Counted from the first letter of the stretch, positions 47,175 through 57,259 are shown. The stretch: 64,000 nucleotides of DNA from Minisyncoccota bacterium (GCA_018062305.1 JAGOSK010000001.1:19005-83004), one strand, 5' to 3'. The notes: generated by a model not told the origin, from the letters alone. Program-made: numbers and translations.

Positions 47175-48617
47175 ATGTATATACGAAATCTACTTTTAGT
47201 TTTTATACTAGTATTTAATTTTTTATTGCCTTCTTTTACGTATTCTGCAGTAGCAGTAGGAAATCTGGTTAAATTGCAAAGTGCGAACGAGGTGTCTGAG
47301 GTTTCTATTGAAAAAAGCTACTACACCCCCGGGGCAGACCAGAGCAAAGCTACAAACTTCCAATTTATATATCAAAAGACTGCAGCTGATAACTATCAAC
47401 TTTCACAGGTCTTCGTACAAGATAGTAAGACTGGAGCGTTTGTAGACTCGACGTCTAAGTTCACAGAACAAATTCAGCGACAACCTCAATTTGAAGTTGT
47501 ATCAAAACAGGATATGTATCAGTACAAAATAGGTGCTCGAGATTTTCAGGAGGAAATTGCCCAAAAACAACTAAACACAACAGCATCTGTTAATAGTAAT
47601 ACAAACCCCGAGTTAGGTTTTAGGGATGGAACGAACCCAGATGATATTTTTAGAACCACAATGAATAATCTTCCGGGTAATACAGTAGGAAACCCTGTAG
47701 CAGTAGTACCTTCAACAAGCACCACCCCTCCCCCAAACTCAAACGCTGGCTCATACACATTCCTTGCACCACTACCGTTCTTTGGGGGTCCATCAATAAA
47801 TATTGCAGAGGGAGGACTTGCTGGGTATTTAGATGGATTGTACAAAGCCGGTATTGCTGTAGCTACCGGGTTAGCACTCATTATGATTGTTGCAGGAGGT
47901 CTTGAGTATGCATCAGCTGGTTCTGTAGGAGGGAAAGATGGGGGAAAGAGTAAGATTAAAAATGCACTCATTGGATTACTACTTGCTTTGACTTCATTCA
48001 TCATATTGCAACAGATTAATCCTGGTCTCATTCGAAATGATTTGGCAGTAGATGCCACCAAGGCAGTAGGGGGTATTACCGGGCAGACGGTGGATTTGGT
48101 TGCTGGAGGGGGTACAATAAATCAAATAATCCCTCCGGGACAACCAGGTAGTTATGTCTTAGCAAACAATGAAAACCCTTCAACAGGAACAGTTTTTAGT
48201 AATTATTCAAGTTTAAAACAATTATTAAATAGCCTTCCAAGTGGACCGAGATCTACAGATGGAAGTCTTATTTTTACAAATTATTGGAACGGAGATACAA
48301 ATACAAATCAACAGCGAGGAAACAACTGCAACCTTTTGGTATCTGGCTCAGTAGCACTCTCACCAGACCTTATATCTAGATATAATCCAAAAAAAGGGGC
48401 AGCAGTATATGTAAATGGTTTATTGGTTGGCTACTTTGACGACACAACAGGTGCAACAACACTGGGATATGTTGGAGGAACTCTTATTAGAAATACTATA
48501 GATATATATGATCCCAACCGAACTCTTGGATCAGTTCTTAAAAAAATGCCTCCAAATAGTTGGTATTTAGTATTTGGAACACAAAGAGCTCAAACACCAA
48601 ACCCTTGTCCTCGATAA
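47175..48617 (+). CDS. Secreted protein with the same VirB2/pilin-like segment and unrelated N- and C-terminal domains
   Basis: Signal peptide and the identical 127-aa cassette. The C-terminal domain is of unknown function. Confidence 0.5.
   Translation: MYIRNLLLVFILVFNFLLPSFTYSAVAVGNLVKLQSANEVSEVSIEKSYYTPGADQSKATNFQFIYQKTAADNYQLSQVFVQDSKTGAFVDSTSKFTEQIQRQPQFEVVSKQDMYQYKIGARDFQEEIAQKQLNTTASVNSNTNPELGFRDGTNPDDIFRTTMNNLPGNTVGNPVAVVPSTSTTPPPNSNAGSYTFLAPLPFFGGPSINIAEGGLAGYLDGLYKAGIAVATGLALIMIVAGGLEYASAGSVGGKDGGKSKIKNALIGLLLALTSFIILQQINPGLIRNDLAVDATKAVGGITGQTVDLVAGGGTINQIIPPGQPGSYVLANNENPSTGTVFSNYSSLKQLLNSLPSGPRSTDGSLIFTNYWNGDTNTNQQRGNNCNLLVSGSVALSPDLISRYNPKKGAAVYVNGLLVGYFDDTTGATTLGYVGGTLIRNTIDIYDPNRTLGSVLKKMPPNSWYLVFGTQRAQTPNPCPR
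47720..48102. repeat. 383-bp segment 100% identical to 46225..46607 (copy 2)
   Basis: Compared base by base. Confidence 0.9.
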
Positions 48618-48722
48618 GCTCTCACACCTACAAATTCCAACAAAACGATTTTTTGTATTCACACATGTAATACAAAACAATCACTAGCTCTCAATTATAT
48701 ATAACTGTATAATTAAACAAAC

Positions 48723-50180
48723 ATGATATCGAGAAGAACTTCTTTTATAATAATTATTGTAGTTTTAAGTTTGCTTGTGGGTGGGCTCATTGGTTTCTAT
48801 TTTTATACAAAGAATAAAAATCCCGGATCAACTATTTTAGGTAATCGAATAGGGGGGAGAACTAATTTTGGAGGATATGACCCGGACAATCAAACTGCGA
48901 CATCGAGTACAAATACCAATACGAGCACCACAACACCTATCACTAACGACATTGTGCCAGTCAATACAAAAGTTCCGAAGCTTCGTAAAATAAGTGACGT
49001 TCCTACTGCTGGTGTAGATTTTGTCACGATACCCATATATGAAGACACAAATAAGAATGTCGAACCAGCTGACCTTTCTGTTTCAAAAACAAAAGTTCCA
49101 GTAAAAAAACCGCTTAAATTTATTGGAAACAAAACGGTAGTTCGATATATAGAAAGAGCGACAGGACATATCTATGAAACAGCAACTAGCTCACTCGAAA
49201 AAGTTAGAATTTCCAATACAACGGAACCAAAAATATATGAAGCTTATTTTACCAATAGAGGAGATAACCTTATTTTAAGGGGTCTCATTGGTAGTTCGGA
49301 TATTATCAGTACACGATATGCATCACTAGTGCTCGCATCCACAACTGATACAGAGAGTGAATTTTCTAAAATATTAACAACCAAAGATCTGCCAATCCAG
49401 ATTTCACAGGTTGCCATTTCACCTAGTAAAACTCAGCTATTTTCGATTTCACCATCAGGAGTCAGAGGAATATTATCAAAAATTGATGGCGGTTCTACTG
49501 TTGGTATCTTTGATACACCATACAGAGAATGGATTCCATCATGGCCAGAAGAAAAAAACATTGTTCTCACCACTAGAGCATCTGGATTTGCGCCTGGTTT
49601 TGCATATATATTAAATACACCAACAAGACAAATCACTCGAATCCTCGGAAATATCTATGGACTAACAACTCTCACTTCACCAGATCTATCAAAAGTACTA
49701 TTTAGTTCAAGTGAACGAGGTACTTTTACTCTCAATTATTTAAATAGAAAAGACTCATCTATCTCAAACCTCTCATTTAAAACTCTTCCTGAAAAATGTA
49801 TCTGGTCTAAAAAAGATAGGAATGTTCTGTTTTGTGCTGTTCCAGAAAACATCGCATTTAGTACATATCCTGATGTTTGGTACCAGGGTCTTATAAACTT
49901 CTCAGACTCTATTTGGAGAATAGATATAAACACAGGTGAAACAAGACTTATTATGAACATCCAGAACGAATCTGGTGAAGTTATAGACGCTACAAACCTT
50001 TATGTGAGTGCCGGTGACGACTATCTCGTCTTTACAAACAAAGTAGACCTCACACTTTGGGGACTACAACTCGTTCCACCCGTCGAAGACACCACCGCCA
50101 ACCCACTAGATACTATCAACTCAATAAATAAAGCCTCAACAACATCTTCTTCGACAGCCCCAACAACACCTACAAACTAG
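48723..50180 (+). CDS. Hypothetical N-terminally anchored protein with a probable beta-propeller-like ectodomain
   Basis: N-terminal TM helix (FIIIIVVLSLLVGGLIGFYFY), a Thr/Ser-rich linker, then a long beta-rich domain. Confidence 0.45.
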   Translation: MISRRTSFIIIIVVLSLLVGGLIGFYFYTKNKNPGSTILGNRIGGRTNFGGYDPDNQTATSSTNTNTSTTTPITNDIVPVNTKVPKLRKISDVPTAGVDFVTIPIYEDTNKNVEPADLSVSKTKVPVKKPLKFIGNKTVVRYIERATGHIYETATSSLEKVRISNTTEPKIYEAYFTNRGDNLILRGLIGSSDIISTRYASLVLASTTDTESEFSKILTTKDLPIQISQVAISPSKTQLFSISPSGVRGILSKIDGGSTVGIFDTPYREWIPSWPEEKNIVLTTRASGFAPGFAYILNTPTRQITRILGNIYGLTTLTSPDLSKVLFSSSERGTFTLNYLNRKDSSISNLSFKTLPEKCIWSKKDRNVLFCAVPENIAFSTYPDVWYQGLINFSDSIWRIDINTGETRLIMNIQNESGEVIDATNLYVSAGDDYLVFTNKVDLTLWGLQLVPPVEDTTANPLDTINSINKASTTSSSTAPTTPTN

Positions 50181-50920
50181 GCTTTCTTCTCTTCTTTCTT
50201 AATATTTTTTCTAAAATAAAGTTCCTGACCAATTGTAAATATACTTCCAGTAATCCAATAGAGAGCAACGGCACCCGAAACAGACAAACACACAAAGAAC
50301 ATAATCACAGGCATTACATATCTCATCTGAACATTCATACTTTTTGCTAAATCATCACTAAAAGAAGGGTTTTTTGAGGGGTTAGCTGGGGGAGTATAAG
50401 CAGGAACAGACAATCGAATCTGTACAAACTGGGCGAGACCGGCAAAAATACTCAAAATAATACTTCTACCACCAACATCCACCAAACCAAGAAACAAGGT
50501 TGTAACAACAGCTGGTATCTGCACAAATGAGTACAATAAATCAGTCTTGATAGTTGGCAAACCTCCACTTATAAAGATATATGCCAAAGCAATGATAACA
50601 GGGAGTTGGAGGAGTATGAGGAAAAAACTAGCAAACGGGTTTAGGTTGTTTTTTCTATAAAACTCGAGGGTTTTTCGTCCAAATTCCTCTCTATTACTTC
50701 CATATTGCTCCTTTATCTTAGCCAATTCAGGCTCTAACACTTTCATTTTTAACTGTGTTTTTGTTGCCTGTTTTGATAATGGAAAAAGTACCAACTTTAC
50801 CAAACAAGTAACAATAATAGTCGCTAAACCAACATCTCCACCAGGAACGTGATTAATAACAAAAACCAAGAGGTTATATAAAGGATCATAAAAAGCACTG
50901 TGAAATAGTGATGAAATCAT
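50177..50920 (-). CDS. yidC: Membrane protein insertase YidC (short form)
   Basis: Five TM helices with the conserved YidC/Oxa1 core. It lies in the rpmH-rnpA-yidC context. Confidence 0.85.
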   Translation of the reverse strand: MISSLFHSAFYDPLYNLLVFVINHVPGGDVGLATIIVTCLVKLVLFPLSKQATKTQLKMKVLEPELAKIKEQYGSNREEFGRKTLEFYRKNNLNPFASFFLILLQLPVIIALAYIFISGGLPTIKTDLLYSFVQIPAVVTTLFLGLVDVGGRSIILSIFAGLAQFVQIRLSVPAYTPPANPSKNPSFSDDLAKSMNVQMRYVMPVIMFFVCLSVSGAVALYWITGSIFTIGQELYFRKNIKKEEKKA

Positions 50921-50923
50921 GCT

Positions 50924-51292
50924 TTATATAATACCATTTTTAAGCAAACTTTGTTCAATCTCAGCTACCAAACTACTAAATAATACACTATCTACACCCT
51001 TTTTAAGGCTAAAAATAAGGTTATATTCATTATTTTTTTTTCTCAAAGGCATACCTTCACCACCTCTATCTAAAATAACCTTTTGTATAGCACCTCTAAT
51101 ACGTCTTCGAACCTTATTTCGAAGTACCGCTGTCTTAAAATTCTTCTTTGAAGCTAAAATAGCTATATTATTAGGCTTTTTAATAGAATCTTGGTCTTTT
51201 AAGGCTCCATTCTTAGAGGAACGCAACAAAAAAGAGCTTGAATTATAAGCTCTTCCTTGACCAATAAGTACACTTATCTCTTGGTTTTTCAT
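50924..51292 (-). CDS. rnpA: RNase P protein component
   Basis: Basic motif FKTAVLRNKVRRRIRGAIQ. It lies immediately downstream of rpmH. Confidence 0.75.
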   Translation of the reverse strand: MKNQEISVLIGQGRAYNSSSFLLRSSKNGALKDQDSIKKPNNIAILASKKNFKTAVLRNKVRRRIRGAIQKVILDRGGEGMPLRKKNNEYNLIFSLKKGVDSVLFSSLVAEIEQSLLKNGII

Positions 51293-51347
51293 TTTAATCT
51301 TAAAATAAAAGTCTATAGGAAAGTAAAAGGTTCTAAACAGAGACTAC

Positions 51348-51490
51348 TTAGCCTTTTTGACAGTAAGCTGGGCTCGGCCTTTTCGTCGTCGAGCTTGGAG
51401 AGTTCTCTTTCCACCATGTGTTTTTGATCTAACCAAAAAACCATGTGTTTTTGCTCTTTTTCTTTTTTTAGGTTGGTATGTTCGTGACAT
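51348..51490 (-). CDS. rpmH: 50S ribosomal protein L34
   Basis: Manual translation gives [47 protein letters not shown]. It is below the track threshold. Coordinates are within ±2 nt. Confidence 0.85.
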
Positions 51491-51646
51491 AGAGGAGATA
51501 TTATACTATTTATTGACTTATTTCAAGTTTTTTACCTATTTGACTATGTGTTTTTACTAGAACATAAGTTGTGAAGATATCCACACCTTATCAACATAAC
51601 AATCAAAATAATTCAAGTTCTCTTAAAAAAAGTTACCTATATAATA

Positions 51647-52993
51647 TTGTTCATTATGGATAGCAAAACTTTATGGGATTCTGTTTTAGTAAAGATTGAG
51701 ATTGATGTTACTAAAGCTACGTTTTCTACTTGGTTTAAAGATATCTACATCTCTAAGATTGATTCAGGTACAGTATATCTCGCTGTTCCAAACACTTTCG
51801 TCAAAGACTGGCTTACAAAAAGATTTCACAAGCAGATTCTAGAGAATCTAAGGACACTCCTTGAGTCTGTTCGATCTATTGAATATATTATTGCCCCTAT
51901 CAACAAAAAGAAAGAGGATTTTGTGACAGAAATACCTAGTCCAAACAAAGAATTACCACTAAATTCACTTTATATTGATCCAAGTGACAACCTTAACCCT
52001 CGATATACATTCGAAACTTTTGTTGTAGGACCCTTCAACGAGCTTGCATACGCTGCTTCACAAGCAATTATTAAAAAACCTGTTGCTTACAACCCACTTT
52101 TCTTTTATGGAAACACAGGACTCGGTAAAACACACCTCATGCAAGCAGTAGGAAACCACATTAAAAATCACCACAAAGAGAAGCGTATTCATTATGTAAC
52201 TTCTGAGCGTTTTACTATCGACTACATCAACTCAGTTCAATCAAACAAGGTAAATAATTTCAAAGAGAAGTACCGTAAGTATGATGTGTTTATTATGGAC
52301 GACATACAATTTCTTTCAAACAAGGAGAAGACGCAGGAGGAACTTTTTCACCTCTTCAACTACATGTACGACAGCAACAAGCAGATTATCTTTTCATCAG
52401 ATGTACACCCAAACTATCTGCAAAACCTAGAAGATCGCCTAAAATCAAGGTTTTTAGCGGGTATGATCATTGATATTTCACCACTTGATACCGAATCAAA
52501 GATTGCTATCCTCCAGACAAAATCTCAGATGAACAACTTCAACCTCCTACCAGAGGCGGCTTACTATATAGCTTCTATCGTCCATGGGAGTATCAGAGAA
52601 CTTGAAGGAACTCTCAATGCTGTTATTTGCCAATCACAACTCAAAGGGAGAGATCTTTCATTAAATGAAATCAAACAACTAACAAAAGATTCTACCAAAC
52701 CGCAAAAAACAATCTCAGTAAAAGATGTTGTGAAAGCTGTATCAGCTTTTTATAATATTGAAGAAGACAGTATCTACAATAAAACAAGGAGGCAAGAGGT
52801 TGTGAAGCCAAGACAACTCACGATGTATATATTAAGAGAGGATTATAATATTTCTTTTCCCTCTATAGGACAAAAACTTGGTAATAGAGATCACACAACA
52901 GTAATGCACTCATGCGATAAAATTAAAAACGAAATAAAAACAAACCCAGAACTTATAAATGAAATAAATCAAATAAGAGCCCTTATACAATAA
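51647..52993 (+). CDS. dnaA: Chromosomal replication initiator protein DnaA
   Basis: AAA+ Walker A GNTGLGKTHL, Walker B IMDDIQF, and the C-terminal DNA-binding domain (GQKLGNRDHTTVMHSC). Confidence 0.9.
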   Translation: MFIMDSKTLWDSVLVKIEIDVTKATFSTWFKDIYISKIDSGTVYLAVPNTFVKDWLTKRFHKQILENLRTLLESVRSIEYIIAPINKKKEDFVTEIPSPNKELPLNSLYIDPSDNLNPRYTFETFVVGPFNELAYAASQAIIKKPVAYNPLFFYGNTGLGKTHLMQAVGNHIKNHHKEKRIHYVTSERFTIDYINSVQSNKVNNFKEKYRKYDVFIMDDIQFLSNKEKTQEELFHLFNYMYDSNKQIIFSSDVHPNYLQNLEDRLKSRFLAGMIIDISPLDTESKIAILQTKSQMNNFNLLPEAAYYIASIVHGSIRELEGTLNAVICQSQLKGRDLSLNEIKQLTKDSTKPQKTISVKDVVKAVSAFYNIEEDSIYNKTRRQEVVKPRQLTMYILREDYNISFPSIGQKLGNRDHTTVMHSCDKIKNEIKTNPELINEINQIRALIQ

Positions 52994-53274
52994 AGGACAT
53001 TTTTATTTGTGGATAAGTCTGTGGATAGTGTGTATATATCGTTAAAATTTCTGTGAATAAGTCTGTTTATAAAAATGTATAATTTGGGAATAAAAGGTGT
53101 AAAAATCACTTATTCAAAAAGTTATTAAAAGTTATTAAAAAACAATCCACAATTTAACTTCAAAAAATATTTTATTTTGAGTCTATTTTTATCCAAATTT
53201 TAGAGTTATCCACTTTTCCACCACCCTAATAGTAGTAATAGTTTTTAATTTAAAAATAAGATAAGATACATACA
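52994..53274. promoter_or_regulatory. oriC-type region between dnaA and dnaN
   Basis: DnaA boxes TGTGGATAA (53029), TGTGGATAG (53041), TGTGAATAA (53074) and TTATCCAC (53226). The AAGTTATTAAA 11-mer occurs twice in tandem. Very AT-rich. Confidence 0.6.
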
Positions 53275-54381
53275 ATGAAACTAGAAACAATCAGAGAACG
53301 TCTAGTCGACGCAATACAGAAAGCTGAAAAGGTCACTAGTAAGAACGCAACCTTACCTGTCCTTAAGTGTGTCCTTTTGGAAGCAAAGGACAATAGTCTA
53401 CTAATAAGGTCAACAAACCTCGATATAGGACTAGAGATAAAAATACCCGTGAAGGTTCAAGAAGAGGGGTCTACGGCTATACCTGGAAATATCCTTTCAA
53501 ACTTCATTTCCCAGTTGGGTGGAGAAAAGTCTATTACCCTTGAGTCAAAGGATGGTACCTTATCTGTAAATTCATCTAAAAACAGTACAACTATTAAATC
53601 CTTTGCTACTGACGATTATCCGACTATTCCAAAAGTTAATGAAGATACCTCTAAAAGCTTCAAAATTAGCGCTACAAGCTTGATTTCTGGTTTAAAGGCG
53701 GTTTGGTACAGTTCAGCTACTTCGACTATTAAACCGGAGCTTTCTAGTGTTCGGATGTATCCTCTTGATGGAAACCTAGTTTTTGTAGCAACTGATGGTT
53801 TTCGTCTTGCTGAAAAGCAGATCCCGGCTAAAAACCTCCCTGATTTTGTTCATGTCTTGATTCCAGTTCGTAATGCTGCTGAGATAATACGTATTTTTGA
53901 TGGAATTGATGAGGAAATCACTGTTTTTATTGATGATAATCAAATTGCTGTGGTTTCAAGTGATATTTATCTCATTTCTCGTACTATAGAGGGTAATTTT
54001 CCTGATTATAAGGCGATTATTCCTAAAGAGTTTGTGACAGAAGCAGTGATACTAAAGCAAGATCTCTCAAATGCACTTAAAATAAGTACTATTTTTAGTG
54101 ATGCATTCTTCCATGTGAAGTTTTTGGTTAATCCTGGTGAAAAAAAACTGCAAATTACTACTAAAAACAATGAGATTGGAGAGAGTTCAACAAGTATAGT
54201 AGCAACTCTTTCTGGTCAAGATATAGATATTAACTTCAATTATCGATATATAAACGATGCTATGGTTACCTTGAACTCAGATAGTCTTAGTTTTTCATTT
54301 AGTGGAAGTAATAAACCTCTCGTTATAAAATCAGTAGGAGATTCTAGTTTTACATATCTTGTGATGCCTATGAATCGATAA
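53275..54381 (+). CDS. dnaN: DNA polymerase III beta sliding clamp
   Basis: 368 aa. The N-terminus MKLETIRERLVDAIQKAEKV...LPVLKCVLLEA is typical of DnaN. Confidence 0.9.
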   Translation: MKLETIRERLVDAIQKAEKVTSKNATLPVLKCVLLEAKDNSLLIRSTNLDIGLEIKIPVKVQEEGSTAIPGNILSNFISQLGGEKSITLESKDGTLSVNSSKNSTTIKSFATDDYPTIPKVNEDTSKSFKISATSLISGLKAVWYSSATSTIKPELSSVRMYPLDGNLVFVATDGFRLAEKQIPAKNLPDFVHVLIPVRNAAEIIRIFDGIDEEITVFIDDNQIAVVSSDIYLISRTIEGNFPDYKAIIPKEFVTEAVILKQDLSNALKISTIFSDAFFHVKFLVNPGEKKLQITTKNNEIGESSTSIVATLSGQDIDINFNYRYINDAMVTLNSDSLSFSFSGSNKPLVIKSVGDSSFTYLVMPMNR

Positions 54382-54443
54382 TTGGAATCGTTAGTTGAAA
54401 TAAAGGAGAACAGATTAAGGTGGATAATTTATTTATATAATAT

Positions 54444-54701
54444 ATGAAAGGAATATCTGATTTTTTAGCTAAATTTAAAGTTATACCTGACCCAAGGAAT
54501 GAAAAAAAGATTATTATTGAAATTATTAGTACTGAGATTAAACAAGAATTACCTGAAAGTTGTGTAGAAGTTAAAGGTTCTATTATTCAAATAGATGTTC
54601 ATCCAGCTATAAAAAACCTTATTTTTCAACGTAGAATAGAAATTTTAGAAAAACTCAATAAAAGATTTAATGGAGAAAAAACCTTCAGTCATATTTATTG
54701 A
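54444..54701 (+). CDS. DUF721/DciA-like small protein
   Basis: About 85 aa with the MKxISDxL...IVxV.sS.W..EL pattern. It lies downstream of dnaN. Confidence 0.5.
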   Translation: MKGISDFLAKFKVIPDPRNEKKIIIEIISTEIKQELPESCVEVKGSIIQIDVHPAIKNLIFQRRIEILEKLNKRFNGEKTFSHIY

Positions 54702-54729
54702 CTCCTTTTATTGAGTTAATTTAGAACTA

Positions 54730-57210
54730 CTAATTTATAGTAAAAATACTTTGAGCCTCAAGGAATTTACCTAAACGCTCTGTTGCTATAGCTTTAATTT
54801 CATTTTCTGGTTCGATGTTTGATATTGAAGAGGGTATAAAAGAGAAACTATAAGGAGATTCTGTTGATTTACCTATTATTTTTCCATTTATATAATATTC
54901 AACTTGTGTTGTTTGATCTCCAAAGCCACTAACTTGTATTGTTACTCGAGCATCTTTACTGAAACTACTTCCGTTTATTGGAGAATTTATATTAAACCCT
55001 GCAATACCATTTGTTGTGCTTGATGAAATAGGATTCAGTACAAAAGAATTTTGACTGAGTGACCAATTTGTAACACCTATTTCAAATAAACTAAACAAAG
55101 AATCTCGTGAACCATACCCAGGTGCAGCACCTTGTATATCATTTTTATTAAGCCAATACAATTCAGAGTGAATTTCATTTTGAGGACCTCTCCATACACC
55201 CGCGAGAAATGGCTTTGTACTACTTGAGATAGGTTCAGGTTCTTCAAAGACTTCATCAGGTACTTTTGTAAGTACATAATCCATGAATTCCTTCCACATA
55301 GGACCAATAATACGAGCAGAAGCTTGTTGAACCATTGGTGTATTGTTGTTGTTACCCATCCATGAACCCACAGATATGCTTGGTGTATAACCTAAAACCC
55401 ACGCATCACGAGAGCTGTTTGTTGTACCTGATTTTATGGCAACCTGTCTTTCTCCAAAATATCTAGATCCGAAAATAGATGCTCGAGCATATGGGTCAGA
55501 AAGGATATCGTTCATAAGTAATGCACTCTGTCTTGGAATAACTTGTATAGTTGAGGTTGAAAATTCTTCCACTACTACCTGATCGTTTGTTTCAATTTTG
55601 AGAATAGGGGTTGTTTTAGCTTTTTCACCACCGTTTGCAAATACTCCATATGCGCTGGTCATATCGAGTACAGAAACCTCACCACCTCCAAGAGCGAGTG
55701 AGAGACCGTATTGAGATGCGGATGCTAGGTTTTGTATCCCCATAGCTTCTGCTGTTTTGATCGCGTCGTTTACACCTACTATGTGGAGTGTTCGCACGGC
55801 AGGGACGTTTCTAGACTCTGCTAGTGCTGTTCTGATACTCATTAAACCTTTAAATCCACCCTCATAGTTTTGAGGATTGTAACAATCAGCTCCAGATGAA
55901 ATGGGAATATTTTGTGCATTACACGAAGCATTAAACTGAGTAGGAACATCATATACTGGTGTACTTGGTGTCATACCTTTATTGAATCCTGTGGCGTAGA
56001 CAAAGGGTTTAAAAGCAGATCCTGGTTGTCGGCGTGCTATAGCTACATTAAAATTACCCTCTATTTCCTTATCAAAATAATCTCGTGAACCAACCATAAC
56101 AAGTATTTGCCCAGTTCTAGGGTCAGTTGCTACAAGTGAACCATTTGATGCTTTGAATTTACTTTCGTTCGTTTTAACATATCGGCTGACGATTTCCTCA
56201 GCTTTTTGCTGTAAGGTCCAATCTAAACTTGTTATGATTTTGAAACCTCCTTTTTCAAGCATTTCAACCCCGTATTTTTGCTCCAAATACTCTTTAACAA
56301 ACATTACAAAGTGAGGGGCTTTTATACCACCTACAGTTTTTGGTTGGAATACCACCTCCTCTTTGAGAGCGTTTGTGTATTGTTCTTCTGTAATAAAGTT
56401 ATTTTCATACATTTTTTTAAGAACAAGATTTTTTCGTTCTACTAGTAGATTTTTATTTTGACCATATGGGGAATATAAAGAAGGTGCCTGTGGAAGGGCG
56501 GCTATATATGCTGACTCAGCAAGAGTAAGATCGCTGGCTTTTTTATTAAAATAAGCTTGCGTAGCCTCTTCAACACCATAAATGTTACCACCATATGGTG
56601 TTTCATTAAGATATAAATTGAGAATAGTATCTTTGTCCGTTGTTCTTTCGAGTTTTATAGCCAACACCCACTCTTTCATTTTTCTAGAAATATCCTTGTT
56701 TTTAGTAAGAAGTGAGTTTTTTACTACCTGCTGAGTTATAGTTGATCCACCTTGGCTGTATTCGAGAGCAAAAATATTTGCAAGTACTGCTCTTAATATG
56801 GATGTAGCCTTTATTCCACCATGATTGTAGAAGTCTATATCTTCAATAGCTATAGTTGCTTGTTTGATATATGGAGAAATTGAGTTAAAAGGAACCACTG
56901 TCCTTCGAACTTTTTGACTTAGGTCATATAAAAGTACTTCTCCAGTACGATCATAAATTTTTGCAGATTGACCAAGTAGTCGGTCGTCAAAAGTACTCAA
57001 ATCAGGAGTTCTAAGACTAGAAGCCCAAAGGAGGAAGACTGTCGCTGATAATACACCAAGGATGAGTAAGACGAGGATAATATCCCGTACTAGGTAGCTT
57101 ATTTTTTTAGGGCCGTGACCTTTTTTATAGAAAAGCCGCTGAAATCTCCATTGAATAATTGATATAACTCGGTCAACCATGCTTATTATGGCTTTTATTG
57201 TTTTTTTCAT
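54730..57210 (-). CDS. Class A penicillin-binding protein (PBP1A; transglycosylase and transpeptidase)
   Basis: GT51 motifs EDIDFYNHGGI and GGSTITQQVVKN. Transpeptidase SxxK, SxN and KTGT-like (KSGTT) motifs. N-terminal TM anchor. Confidence 0.9.
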   Translation of the reverse strand: MKKTIKAIISMVDRVISIIQWRFQRLFYKKGHGPKKISYLVRDIILVLLILGVLSATVFLLWASSLRTPDLSTFDDRLLGQSAKIYDRTGEVLLYDLSQKVRRTVVPFNSISPYIKQATIAIEDIDFYNHGGIKATSILRAVLANIFALEYSQGGSTITQQVVKNSLLTKNKDISRKMKEWVLAIKLERTTDKDTILNLYLNETPYGGNIYGVEEATQAYFNKKASDLTLAESAYIAALPQAPSLYSPYGQNKNLLVERKNLVLKKMYENNFITEEQYTNALKEEVVFQPKTVGGIKAPHFVMFVKEYLEQKYGVEMLEKGGFKIITSLDWTLQQKAEEIVSRYVKTNESKFKASNGSLVATDPRTGQILVMVGSRDYFDKEIEGNFNVAIARRQPGSAFKPFVYATGFNKGMTPSTPVYDVPTQFNASCNAQNIPISSGADCYNPQNYEGGFKGLMSIRTALAESRNVPAVRTLHIVGVNDAIKTAEAMGIQNLASASQYGLSLALGGGEVSVLDMTSAYGVFANGGEKAKTTPILKIETNDQVVVEEFSTSTIQVIPRQSALLMNDILSDPYARASIFGSRYFGERQVAIKSGTTNSSRDAWVLGYTPSISVGSWMGNNNNTPMVQQASARIIGPMWKEFMDYVLTKVPDEVFEEPEPISSSTKPFLAGVWRGPQNEIHSELYWLNKNDIQGAAPGYGSRDSLFSLFEIGVTNWSLSQNSFVLNPISSSTTNGIAGFNINSPINGSSFSKDARVTIQVSGFGDQTTQVEYYINGKIIGKSTESPYSFSFIPSSISNIEPENEIKAIATERLGKFLEAQSIFTIN

Positions 57211-57259
57211 GCTGTTTGTACTAAAATTGGGTTAAATTTCATTATAAGGATACCAAAGG

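Noticed and set aside
46189-48061. Two minus-strand ORFs (46189..46566 and 47546..48061) with identical protein sequence
   Set aside because: The identity is a by-product of the 383-bp duplicated cassette. Both are antisense to the plus-strand cluster genes and lack any motif.
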